A stretch of DNA of 33,028 nucleotides from Patescibacteria group bacterium (GCA_018813375.1 JAHJBU010000053.1:1-33028); one strand, 5' to 3'; shown: positions 16,673 to 24,812, counted from the stretch's first letter. Numbers and translations: made by a program. Notes: generated from the letters alone by a model not told the origin.

Positions 16673-18186
16673 TGTTAGCCCAAAATGAAAATGTCCCCTT
16701 TCTGCAAAGTAGGAATGTCCCCTTTTGGAAAAAAGCATTCATAATTTAATTGCGTAGCAATTAATGAACTGGAGGCTGGAAATGGGAGATATTGTCATGA
16801 GCGATAAAGAAGTAAATCAGATCGAACTTTTTGAGAAGTTAGCTAGAAAAGAAATAAAACAAGGAAAGGTGGCAAATATTCTTGGTTTGTCTGTAAGACA
16901 AATAAAAAGAAAACTTAGGAAATATAAGCTAGATGGAGCTAAATCATTGGTTAATAAATCTAGAGGAAAAGTTAGTAATAGAAAGATTAGCCAGGAAAGA
17001 ATAGATAAAGCAATTACATTAATTAGAGATAAATATTGGGATTTTGGTCCAACGCTAGCTAATGAAAAACTGCTTGAAATCCATAAAATAAAACTTAGCG
17101 TTGAAAAACTAAGACAAGAAATGATCAAGGCAGGGATCTGGAAACCAAGAAAAAGAAGAAAGGCTCATGTACATCAGTTACGAGAAAGAAGAGCTTGTTT
17201 TGGGGAATTAATACAGCTAGATGGTTCTCCTCATGACTGGTTTGAAGGTAGAGCTCCAAAGTGTAATCTAAATGTTGCTGCAGATGATGCAACTAATACG
17301 TTTAGTGTTAAATTTAGTAAGACTGAAACAACTCAGGATTACTTTAAATTACTTGAAGAATACATAGGTCAATATGGATTGCCAAGGGCAATCTATGCTG
17401 ATAAGCACTCAATATTCAGAGTAAATACCCCAAGTAATCTTGATCTAAAAAAACCAAGTAAACATGATAAATATGAAAGACTAACTCAATTTGGTAGAGC
17501 ATGCAAAGAATTAGGTATTGAATTAATTTTTGCTAATACTGCTCAAGCTAAAGGTAGAGTTGAAAAAGTTAATTATACTTTTCAAGATAGACTTGTTAAA
17601 GAAATGAGATTAGAAGGTATCTGTAGTATTGAAGAAGCAAATAAATTTGTTCCAAAATATATGAAAATATTTAACAAAAAGTTTTCAAAAACACCAAGAT
17701 CAACAGTTGATATGCATAGAAAGTTAAGCAAAAATATTGATCTATCAAGTATTTTTTGTCTTAAAGAAACTAGAATTCTTTCTAAAAATCTAACTTTTCA
17801 GCGAAATAATATTATTTTCCAGATTAAAACAAAAAGAACTGCATTTACCCTTAGAAAAACTCAAGTCACAATCTTAGAAAGATATGATGGGTCAATTAAA
17901 ATATTCGATTACAGAAATAAACCCCTCAAGTATGAAACTATTAAGTTGCTTCCAAGTATTAAAGCTACAAGTAGCAAAGAACTTAATTCTAAACTCGATG
18001 ATATACTAATTCGAGAAACAAAGAAAAACTACAGAAAAAAGAATCCATGGGAATCTAGCTTTGAAGAGCTAGGTAAAAATATAGGTTTTTACAAACCACT
18101 TGGAGCCGTTTAACAAAAATATTAATTACCCAAAAGGGGACATTCCTACTTAGGACAAAAGGGGACGTTTCTAAATGGTGCTAACA
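16673..18186 (+). mobile_element. insertion sequence, 1514 bp, rve-type DDE transposase (IS481 / IS1202-group-like), with a 15-bp target-site duplication
   Basis: The ends are TGTTAGC… and …GCTAACA. Each end has imperfect ~55-bp IRs carrying two AATGTCCCCTTTT-type subrepeats. The flanks hold an identical AATGGAAAACAAATT at 16658-16672 and 18187-18201. Confidence 0.9.
16764..18113 (+). CDS. DDE-type integrase/transposase (N-terminal HTH plus rve core)
   Basis: HTH in GKVANILGLSVRQIKRKL. Core LIQLDGSPHDWFEGRAPKCNLNVAADDATNT…GLPRAIYADKHSIF is typical of IS481/ISNCY(IS1202)-type transposases. The start may be the internal ATG (MSDKEV…). Confidence 0.85.
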   Translation: MNWRLEMGDIVMSDKEVNQIELFEKLARKEIKQGKVANILGLSVRQIKRKLRKYKLDGAKSLVNKSRGKVSNRKISQERIDKAITLIRDKYWDFGPTLANEKLLEIHKIKLSVEKLRQEMIKAGIWKPRKRRKAHVHQLRERRACFGELIQLDGSPHDWFEGRAPKCNLNVAADDATNTFSVKFSKTETTQDYFKLLEEYIGQYGLPRAIYADKHSIFRVNTPSNLDLKKPSKHDKYERLTQFGRACKELGIELIFANTAQAKGRVEKVNYTFQDRLVKEMRLEGICSIEEANKFVPKYMKIFNKKFSKTPRSTVDMHRKLSKNIDLSSIFCLKETRILSKNLTFQRNNIIFQIKTKRTAFTLRKTQVTILERYDGSIKIFDYRNKPLKYETIKLLPSIKATSSKELNSKLDDILIRETKKNYRKKNPWESSFEELGKNIGFYKPLGAV

Positions 18187-18650
18187 AATGGAAAACAAAT
18201 TGATGATTTCTATGTGACAACTTTAGCAGATTCAGTTCATGTGATTGCTATCACTAAAGAAAAACAAGTGGTGCTAATTAGAATGTATAAACAAGGTGCT
18301 GATGACATCATGATTCAGTTTCCTGCAGGCAGAAGAGAAGATAGGCACAAAGACTTACTAGATGTAGCAGTCAGCGAGCTAGAAGAAGAAACTGGAATTG
18401 AGGTAGGTAGATCTGATTTAAATTATCTTGGTAAGCTTGCGATCATGAGTACTAAGGCAACTGAATTAGCTCACTATTATTTAGTGACAGATGTTGAGAT
18501 AAATTCTCAACAGAGCTTAGATGAAAATGAAGAGATCGAGGTTTTATTCCTAGAACTAGACGAAATTGAAAAGTATATTGCTCAAGGGAAAATTTGGGAT
18601 GCACTTTGTATTGCTGGCTGGGATTTAGCAAAAAAGAAAAAAGGGATATT

Positions 18651-19067
18651 ATGAAAAAACAACTCATCACTGCTTGTGCTTTTTTATATCAAAATAGAAA
18701 GCTATTTACGGCTAAAAGAGCTGAGACTAAAAAGTTTTTACCAGGAAAATATGAGCTTCCTGGAGGTCATATTGAGTATGGTGAAAGTTTAGAAGAAGGA
18801 TTAGCAAGGGAGTTTGAAGAAGAATTTGGAGCAGAAATAAAAGTAGGCAAGCCGATTCATGCTTTCACATACATCAATTCAATTAAAGAAAGTCATTCAG
18901 TTGAGATTGTTTTCCTAGCTACTTTTAAAGATAGAGCTGTCATTACTTTAAATCCCACAGATCACTCTAAATCTTTATGGATATCTGAAGATGAGATAGA
19001 TCAATATTTTGATCGCAACGACAATGAATACAAAGCTATTGAGGTAGGTTTTAAGGAAATAAAGTGA
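18651..19067 (+). CDS. Nudix hydrolase (MutT-like, 138 aa)
   Basis: ATG 18651 overlaps the upstream stop (ATGA). Nudix box GGHIEYGESLEEGLAREFEEEFG. The track ORF 18594-19067 has an upstream extension that I consider spurious. Confidence 0.85.
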   Translation: MKKQLITACAFLYQNRKLFTAKRAETKKFLPGKYELPGGHIEYGESLEEGLAREFEEEFGAEIKVGKPIHAFTYINSIKESHSVEIVFLATFKDRAVITLNPTDHSKSLWISEDEIDQYFDRNDNEYKAIEVGFKEIK

Positions 19068-19292
19068 AAAAATTAGCAACGATTTTTGGTTTAAAAGAAA
19101 AAGATACGGATGTGGTTGGATGCCTACCACTTGGCAGTTTATGGAGATGTGTGGCTATGGTGCAGCCATGGGCAACGCCAAGCAAGACCTCAAAGATTTG
19201 GTAGCCACTAAAGGTGAGGGTAAATCATTTGTGGGGCCAAGTGTGGATGAGAATGGGATTTTAGAGATATTTAAGTATTTTGGATTGTTATG
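19068..19292 (+). pseudogene. 3' remnant of a Cof-type HAD hydrolase, paralogous to the end of 27710-28579
   Basis: …WQFMEMCGYGAAMGNAKQDLKDLVATKGEGKSFVGPSVDENGILEIFKYFGLL* parallels …WQFIEMCGYGAVMGNAKQDLKDLVATKGEDRSFVGPSVDENGILEILKHFELI*. The upstream part (KKLATIFGLKEKDT…) is out of frame. Its stop overlaps ATG 19290. Confidence 0.75.
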
Positions 19293-19865
19293 AAAGATCA
19301 AAATCAACTACTCTGGGAAAGAGTAAGACCACTTTTAAAGAAAGCCAAGAGAAAAGATTTTATTTTACACACAAAAAAACTTGTCAGAGCAATGAACGAA
19401 TTGTTAGAAAGTGAAAAAGGTGATCCTAAAATTTTAATTCCTGCTGCTTATTTGCATGATGTTGGTTGGTCAATGGTTGATGATAAGTTGCAGACCAGTA
19501 CTAACAAAGATGATCGGTCTTTAGCTCTACATCAACACATAGATTTTGCACCTGACATTACTAGACCTTTATTAAGCGATCTAGGATTTGATAAAAAATC
19601 AATCCAGAAAATTATTAAAATAATTATTTCACACAAATTTGTCAAACCCAAAGAGCATGACAGCCAGATGTTGATCGATGCAGATACTTTGTCTGATACA
19701 TATCTAGATTCTTTTGAAAGTGATTGTAAGTCATATCATTCTTCTCCAGTTGAGTTTTTACAATTCAGAAGTAGGAATAGTTTTTATACTAAAACCGCTC
19801 AAGATATTTTCAAAAAGCATATAAGAGTGTTAGAAGTTAACCCCAAAATTATTCTTAGGAGATAG
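19290..19865 (+). CDS. HD-domain phosphohydrolase
   Basis: AAYLHDVGW (the HD doublet), ISHK, and LIDADTLSD. Confidence 0.75.
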   Translation: MKDQNQLLWERVRPLLKKAKRKDFILHTKKLVRAMNELLESEKGDPKILIPAAYLHDVGWSMVDDKLQTSTNKDDRSLALHQHIDFAPDITRPLLSDLGFDKKSIQKIIKIIISHKFVKPKEHDSQMLIDADTLSDTYLDSFESDCKSYHSSPVEFLQFRSRNSFYTKTAQDIFKKHIRVLEVNPKIILRR

Positions 19866-19872
19866 GCTAAGA

Positions 19873-20331
19873 ATGAATCAAACTAAATATTTTAAACTTG
19901 GCATCAGAACAGATAATATTAAGAAAAGTCTTTTACCTTATACAATTCTAACTGCTATTCTCAGTCTAGGACTAATTACTTCACTTAGATTATTTAGTCA
20001 GTCCATGATGGGTGTTTACGATACTCTTTATCCATTATTTTGGATTTCAATACCTCTGAGTATTTTGCAAGAAATAGTTTTTCGAGGGTTTGGTATGTAT
20101 CAGCTCAAAAAATTATTTAAAAAACCAATTACTGTGATTTTGTTAAACAGTATTTTATTCTCGCTATTTCATATGTTTGTTCCAGAGCAACTACTTTTTG
20201 TACCCCTATCATTTTTATCTGGTCTAGCTTTTGCTACAGTTTATTATTATCATCCAAATCTGTTTTTAGTTTCACTTGCACATGTAGTAATTAACTTACT
20301 ACCAGTGTTTTACTGGGGTCTTATTGAATAA
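19873..20331 (+). CDS. CPBP family intramembrane glutamic protease (CAAX/Abi-like)
   Basis: Motifs QEIVFRG (EExxxR-like), FSLFHM (FxxxH) and HVVINL (HxxxN) within a polytopic membrane protein. Confidence 0.8.
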   Translation: MNQTKYFKLGIRTDNIKKSLLPYTILTAILSLGLITSLRLFSQSMMGVYDTLYPLFWISIPLSILQEIVFRGFGMYQLKKLFKKPITVILLNSILFSLFHMFVPEQLLFVPLSFLSGLAFATVYYYHPNLFLVSLAHVVINLLPVFYWGLIE

Positions 20332-20334
20332 GAG

Positions 20335-20364
20335 AAGTCTTAACTTGGTCCAACCCGGGGAGCA
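20335..20364 (+). repeat. cassette-junction motif, copy F
   Basis: AAGTCTTAACTTGGTCCAACCCGGGGAGCA. Confidence 0.85.
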
Positions 20365-20462
20365 TTATTTAAAAGATTGCTTTATTACTTGCTCACTTTG
20401 ATATAATTAAATTATTGTTGACTGCTGATTGTTATGGATGAGCAATTCATTGTATTATTCAG

Positions 20463-20482
20463 TAATCAACTTAAGTTGATTA
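20463..20482. promoter_or_regulatory. perfect 20-bp palindrome TAATCAACTTAAGTTGATTA, 13 nt upstream of ATG 20496
   Basis: Read directly from the sequence. It is an operator-like site in front of the three-gene operon. Confidence 0.45.
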
Positions 20483-20495
20483 TCGTTATTTAAAT

Positions 20496-20693
20496 ATGGA
20501 TAAAAAAGCTAGGTTTCTAAAAATTTATGCGAATCTACCGCTCCATCTGAGGTCGGAGATTGTTATCATGGTTGATGGTGAACCATTCACATGGCAATCT
20601 GCTAAATTGGAGATAGACAATGACTCTGATACTGGATCTTCAATACTGGATAAATTAGCAAAGATGGAAATCATCCAAGATGAAAAAAAATAA
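20496..20693 (+). CDS. small hypothetical protein (65 aa), paralogous to the next ORF
   Basis: MVDGEPFTWQSAKLEIDNDSDTGSSILDKL aligns with SVGGGGGLTRKEAVENIENDSEIGKELIDIE of ORF 20680-20928. Confidence 0.55.
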   Translation: MDKKARFLKIYANLPLHLRSEIVIMVDGEPFTWQSAKLEIDNDSDTGSSILDKLAKMEIIQDEKK

Positions 20694-20928
20694 TCATACC
20701 CCAACTGATAAGCAACAACTGAAAGAAGATATGAAGCAATTGGCAATTGCAAGGCTTAAGAGTATTCCTTCGCAGTATCAGATTTCTGTCGGAGGAGGAG
20801 GTGGTTTAACTAGGAAAGAGGCAGTTGAAAATATAGAGAATGATAGTGAAATCGGCAAAGAATTGATTGATATTGAAATAGAATTTTTAAGAGATATGGC
20901 TAAGGGTGAATTATATAAATATGAGTAA
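20680..20928 (+). CDS. small hypothetical protein (82 aa)
   Basis: Track ORF that overlaps both neighbours, which suggests translational coupling. It is paralogous to 20496-20693. Confidence 0.55.
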   Translation: MKKNNHTPTDKQQLKEDMKQLAIARLKSIPSQYQISVGGGGGLTRKEAVENIENDSEIGKELIDIEIEFLRDMAKGELYKYE

Positions 20929-21556
20929 TCTCTCTTTATTGGTAACCAGACCAAATCACGATCGTCCAACAAATTATTTATGTCATTGGTCTCAATTAGT
21001 AATTGATCTTGCAAAACAAAAAAACTTTTCTGTTTACGATCTAAAAGGAAAAAAAGCAAACAAAAAAACTTTTTCTAGTTATGTTAAAAAGAATAATCCC
21101 CAGATAATTTTTTTTAATGGTCATGGTGATGTTGACAAAATTACTGGTATTAACGATGAGGTTTTAATTGAGGTAGATAAAAATGACCACTTACTAAAGG
21201 GAAGAATTATTTATGCAAGAAGTTGTAGGTCAGCACAGATATTAGGAGTCAACTGCGTGAAGAAGAAAAAAGCTGTAGCATTTATTGGGTATAAAAATGA
21301 TTTTATTTTGTTTAATGATGAAGAAAAAATAACTAAGCCATTAAGTGATAGAATCGCCTCATATTTTCTTGAGCCTTCAAATCTAGTAATCACAACGATA
21401 ATCAAAGGAAATAGTCCAGAAGAGGCTTATGATAGGTCTCAAAAAGAATCTATAAGAAAAATTAAATTTTTATTGTCCCCAAAAGCTCCAGCGGAAGAAA
21501 AATCGTTAATTACCTACATGTGGAGAAATATGAGAGCCCAGGTTATTATTAATTAG
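20921..21556 (+). CDS. hypothetical protein with a caspase-fold-like His/Cys dyad (clan CD peptidase-like, tentative)
   Basis: A beta-strand-like IIFFNGHG and, ~35 aa later, RIIYARSCRSA mimic the strand-HG … strand-xxC arrangement of caspase/CHAT/gingipain folds. ATG 20921 is preferred; the track GTG start is at 20906. Confidence 0.4.
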   Translation: MSNLSLLVTRPNHDRPTNYLCHWSQLVIDLAKQKNFSVYDLKGKKANKKTFSSYVKKNNPQIIFFNGHGDVDKITGINDEVLIEVDKNDHLLKGRIIYARSCRSAQILGVNCVKKKKAVAFIGYKNDFILFNDEEKITKPLSDRIASYFLEPSNLVITTIIKGNSPEEAYDRSQKESIRKIKFLLSPKAPAEEKSLITYMWRNMRAQVIIN

Positions 21557-21665
21557 ACAATAAACATATTGGTGCCGATAGTTTATTTCCAAAAAAAGTC
21601 TTGTCATCTGTGCTGTAAACACCTCAGTATCTTCCCTAGCAATAGTTAATAGTTGAGACTCATAT

Positions 21666-21697
21666 CCGTTTCGTAACGAGTCCTGGGGGGGGGAGTA
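21666..21697 (+). repeat. cassette-junction motif, variant copy G (contains a G9 run)
   Basis: CCGTTTCGTAACGAGTCCTGGGGGGGGGAGTA. The ~65 nt to its left (21600-21665) are homologous to 29800-29865 and 28890-28943. Confidence 0.7.
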
Positions 21698-21730
21698 AGT
21701 GATAAAAAGACCTCTGGATAGGTTTTTTTT
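21698..21730. terminator. junction module 2 terminator copy
   Basis: AGTGATAAAAAGACCTCTGGATAGGTTTTTTTT; imperfect stem with a long T-run. Confidence 0.5.
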
Positions 21731-21861
21731 ATTTGTATGATATACTCTATTTTATGCACAGCATCTTGCGTACCTGCTGATTTTTCGGCACTACGCTTGA
21801 AAAAGTCAGGGTCCGTAATATGAAAAAATGGCAACTAATTTCAGCTGAAGATATTTCTCCC
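21698..21861 (+). repeat. 164-bp near-identical duplicate of 16452-16615 (terminator module, promoter, leader and first 14 codons of the Nudix gene)
   Basis: Aligned by eye with about 3 mismatches (ctagttt/ctatttt, cttgtgt/cttgcgt, gccgaag/gctgaag). Identity ends after …GATATTTCTCCC in both copies. Confidence 0.85.
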
Positions 21862-21900
21862 TGCTCGTTATATGCGGAGCTACAGGAGCTAGCTAAATAA
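21820..21900 (+). pseudogene. Nudix 5' remnant ORF (MKKWQLISAEDISPCSLYAELQELAK*), whose TAA overlaps ATG 21900 of the EamA gene
   Basis: The first 14 codons equal those of 16574-16615. The stop and next start form TAATG. Confidence 0.6.
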
Positions 21901-22823
21901 TGAAATCAACAACTAAGCTAATTAATACTCCTTTTGCAAATGTATTTTTATTTTCTTTCTTTTGGGCAATCTCAATTATTGTGAGTAAGTTAGCTTTTAA
22001 TGCTGGAGCTCATCCCGTTACTTTTTTAATTCAGTCGGCAATTGTTTCTCTGGTTTTATTAGCAGTCTATGTTTTACCTCAAAAACATCAAGAGTTGAAG
22101 AGTTTGCCTCGCAAAGTATTTGGAGGAATTGTATTGGCTAATGCCATTCATTTTGGTCTAGGAGCATTTTTTATTAATTCAGGTACAGCATTGACATCGG
22201 CAGTCAATGTGGGCTTTTTGAGTAAATTTGCGACTGTAACTACAATCATTTTTGCTTGGCTGATCTTAAAAGAAAAATTAACTAAATCTAAATTAATTTC
22301 TGTGGCTATTATGATAGTGGGTGTGTTTTTAATTACTACTAAGGGTCAAGTCATCGTTCCTCAACCAGGAGACATTCTGGTTCTGTTAGCTTGCACTTCT
22401 TTCTCTTTAGGAAATGTATTAATGAGAAAATTTTTGAAAAACTATGCTGTGAGCGGAGAGTTAGTCTCATTCTTGCGTCCAGTTTCAGGTTTACCAATAT
22501 TATTGATTTTTTTACTTTTTTCGCCAATTTATCCCCAACAAATACAGCCTGTTTTTAATGTAAATATTTCAAATTTAACTTTCTTGCCTTATATAATTGG
22601 CAGTAGCCTTGCTTCCTCACTATTAACAATTTTCTTAAATAGAACACTGAAAGTATCTAGCGCTTCATACATGTCAATGATGTCAATGATGACACCAGTG
22701 ATCGTGAGTGCCATGGCAATAATATTATTAGGAGAAAGCATGGTATTGATCCAACTAGTAGGAGCAATCTTGATTATTTTATCTGGAATAGCAACACATT
22801 ATTTAAAGATAGAGAAGCAATAG
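21900..22823 (+). CDS. EamA/DMT-superfamily transporter
   Basis: 307 aa with about 10 TM segments in two halves, typical of the EamA duplication. Confidence 0.8.
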   Translation: MKSTTKLINTPFANVFLFSFFWAISIIVSKLAFNAGAHPVTFLIQSAIVSLVLLAVYVLPQKHQELKSLPRKVFGGIVLANAIHFGLGAFFINSGTALTSAVNVGFLSKFATVTTIIFAWLILKEKLTKSKLISVAIMIVGVFLITTKGQVIVPQPGDILVLLACTSFSLGNVLMRKFLKNYAVSGELVSFLRPVSGLPILLIFLLFSPIYPQQIQPVFNVNISNLTFLPYIIGSSLASSLLTIFLNRTLKVSSASYMSMMSMMTPVIVSAMAIILLGESMVLIQLVGAILIILSGIATHYLKIEKQ

Positions 22824-22853
22824 AAGTCCTAACTTGGTCCACGACGGGGAGCA
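22824..22853 (+). repeat. cassette-junction motif, copy H
   Basis: AAGTCCTAACTTGGTCCACGACGGGGAGCA; begins immediately after the TAG stop at 22821-22823. Confidence 0.85.
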
Positions 22854-22988
22854 GAGTATAAAAAGAGGGATTTATCCCATAATATTTGATATTTTTTCGT
22901 AATTTTGCTACAATTATTCTTCCTTCTTTAAGTGATCTATATGAAATATCTTTTTAGTTAGGTTTTTATTTTAATTTGAAAGGATGCT

Positions 22989-24035
22989 ATGCCACAGTTG
23001 ATTTATGAGTTTAATAGTCCCAAGGGTGTTCTTAAAAATAGAAATATAAGTAATAGTTCAAGGCTTGTATTGGAAGAAGCGAAAAAATTTGGTGTTGTTT
23101 GTCAGATTATTCCTTGTACGCAGTTAATTGAACTTACTTACAAAGGCAAAAAACAGACATTTTATCATCAGGTTCCATTTTCAACTTCGGCCTTAGCAAA
23201 ATATTCTTGTAATAATAAAAAAGTTACAACAAATCTTTTATATAGCTGTGGTATTTCCGTTCCGAAAGGTTATAGAGTTAGAAAAACAAGTTCAGATAAA
23301 TATCTATTGTCTATATACGAAAATTTACAGAAACCTTTAGTAGCGAAGCCAAGTGATGGTACTTGGGGAGAAAACGTTACAGTAGGTATTACTGATTTTG
23401 ATAAATATTTAGAAGCAGTTGATTTGGCATTAGAGTATTCAGGAAAAAAGAAACCAACAGCTATTGTTGAAGAAATGTTTAAAGGACATGAGTATAGAAT
23501 TCTTGTGACAAGAAAAAAGGTAATTGGTGTGTTATATAGAAGACCGGCAAGTGTGGTGGGTAATGGTGTAGATTCAATCAAAAAATTGATTCAAGAGGAA
23601 AACAAAAACCCCATTAGAGGGGTAAAAAATGGAACAACTTCCCATTTTAAAATTAGAATGGATGAACGCATGTTAAGGCTCTTAAAGGAAAATAATATGA
23701 ATTTTTATTCTATACCTCAAAAAGGAAAAAGAATTTATTTACGAAGAGTTTCAAATGTATCTCAGGGTGGGGCTGCTATAGATTTTACAGATAAAGTACA
23801 CTCAAGTGTTAAAAAAATTGCTCTTAAAGCAATTAATGCTGTACCTGGATTATCATTTGCTGGAATTGATTTTTTATCTAAGGATATTACAAAAAAACAA
23901 ACTCAAGATTCATATATTATTATTGAAATTAATGATTCACCAGGATTTGATATTCATGATTTTCCTTATGAAGGAGAAAATAGACATGCAGCAAGAGAAT
24001 TTTTATTTTTAATGTTTCCAGAACTAAAAAAATAG
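22989..24035 (+). CDS. ATP-grasp enzyme (similar to the ATP-grasp domain of cyanophycin synthetase / glutathione synthetase-type ligases)
   Basis: PLVAKPSDGTWGENVTV … EEMFKGHEYRILVTRKKVIGVLYRRPASVVGNGVDSIKKLIQEEN … IIIEINDSPG follows the ATP-grasp pattern. An SD-like AAGGA lies upstream. Confidence 0.7.
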   Translation: MPQLIYEFNSPKGVLKNRNISNSSRLVLEEAKKFGVVCQIIPCTQLIELTYKGKKQTFYHQVPFSTSALAKYSCNNKKVTTNLLYSCGISVPKGYRVRKTSSDKYLLSIYENLQKPLVAKPSDGTWGENVTVGITDFDKYLEAVDLALEYSGKKKPTAIVEEMFKGHEYRILVTRKKVIGVLYRRPASVVGNGVDSIKKLIQEENKNPIRGVKNGTTSHFKIRMDERMLRLLKENNMNFYSIPQKGKRIYLRRVSNVSQGGAAIDFTDKVHSSVKKIALKAINAVPGLSFAGIDFLSKDITKKQTQDSYIIIEINDSPGFDIHDFPYEGENRHAAREFLFLMFPELKK

Positions 24036-24094
24036 TTTTTAATGAGTGAAGAGGACGTAGAGCGTTTTATTCAGCAAATTTAAATCTACTTTTT

Positions 24095-24149
24095 GGTTGC
24101 GGAATAGGTCCAACGCGGGGAGCTAAGTTGGCACTTAATATACCTAATT
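24095..24149 (+). repeat. cassette-junction motif copy I (left half diverged) plus hairpin module 3
   Basis: GGTTGCGGAATAGGTCCAACGCGGGGAGCT followed by AAGTTGGCACTTAATATACCTAATT. Confidence 0.7.
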
Positions 24150-24165
24150 AGGGTATGATTATAGT

Positions 24166-24591
24166 ATGAAGAAAATACTTCGTGTTGTTGGCATTTTGAT
24201 TATATTTGTAGGTGTTGTCCTCGGAATATTGCAGATCATTGATTCCTTTTCAGATAAAGTTGCTTACGGTAATATTACTAATATTTTTGAGAGAAGAACT
24301 GGAACAGAATATTCGAATGTAAAAACTGGAGGTGTTTATCCTTGCGAGTTAGAAATTACTTACAAAGATAAAAATGGTCAAGGACAGGTAGGCAAAACTC
24401 TATATGAGACGGCCCCATGTTCAAGCTTTTTCAATAGCTATTATAAGATTGGGGATAAAGTAAATATTGTATATAGCGAAAACAATCTATCTAACGTCAA
24501 AATTAACGGTTTATTTGATAGATTTGGATTCTTAATCATATTTCCACTTCTTGGATCAGGATTAATATATTTTTCTAAAAGGTTGCATTAG
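24166..24591 (+). CDS. membrane protein, DUF3592-like topology (TM, beta-rich domain, TM)
   Basis: N-terminal TM ILRVVGILIIFVGVVLGILQII and C-terminal TM FGFLIIFPLLGSGLIYF. The family call is tentative. Confidence 0.55.
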   Translation: MKKILRVVGILIIFVGVVLGILQIIDSFSDKVAYGNITNIFERRTGTEYSNVKTGGVYPCELEITYKDKNGQGQVGKTLYETAPCSSFFNSYYKIGDKVNIVYSENNLSNVKINGLFDRFGFLIIFPLLGSGLIYFSKRLH

Positions 24592-24812
24592 TTAAATAAT
24601 ATACTTTTTCGATTTCTTCCCCTATTTGAGCAACAAGCCTAAGGTCAGAGAAAGCCTTGATAATACAAGACAATTGAGTGGTTATATTATTGTTACGATT
24701 TTTGAGTTGAATTGACGTTAATCGAACCACCATTATATTTATTATTTCCATAAGTTGTTATACTGACTACATAAGGTTATAAATTACCAAAATAAATGGA
24801 GGTGAGAAATAT

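Larger units (their letters stand above)
16574..18654 (+). pseudogene. Nudix hydrolase (ADP-ribose pyrophosphatase-like) interrupted by an IS
   Basis: The 5' part 16574-16672 (MKKWQLISAEDISPSKWFPLEKRSYQLPNGKQI) and the 3' part 18187-18654 (NGKQIDDFYVTT…) join in frame once one copy of the 15-bp duplication is removed. A Nudix box is present (GRREDRHKDLLDVAVSELEEETG). Confidence 0.8.

Noticed and set aside
16560-16742. Track ORF of 60 aa on the - strand
   Set aside because: It spans the Nudix 5' fragment and the left inverted repeat of the IS, so it is an artefact of the insertion junction.
6017-23581. Nested or antisense track ORFs inside longer genes: 6017-6199, 6784-7023, 8611-8853, 9034-9258, 10372-10677, 11763-11966, 12854-13063, 13301-13522, 14305-14517, 14361-14597, 14542-14724, 14962-15144, 16817-17128, 18452-18670, 20525-20752, 20778-21059, 21211-21405, 21646-21834, 23270-23581. 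The same applies to 23806-24012, 25107-25325, 25741-25929, 26380-26673, 27023-27343, 30268-30483, 31164-31361, 31315-31608, 31580-31798 and 32709-32909.
   Set aside because: Each lies wholly within or antisense to a longer ORF with recognisable family motifs or better context. They have low-complexity AT-rich-frame compositions and no independent support.
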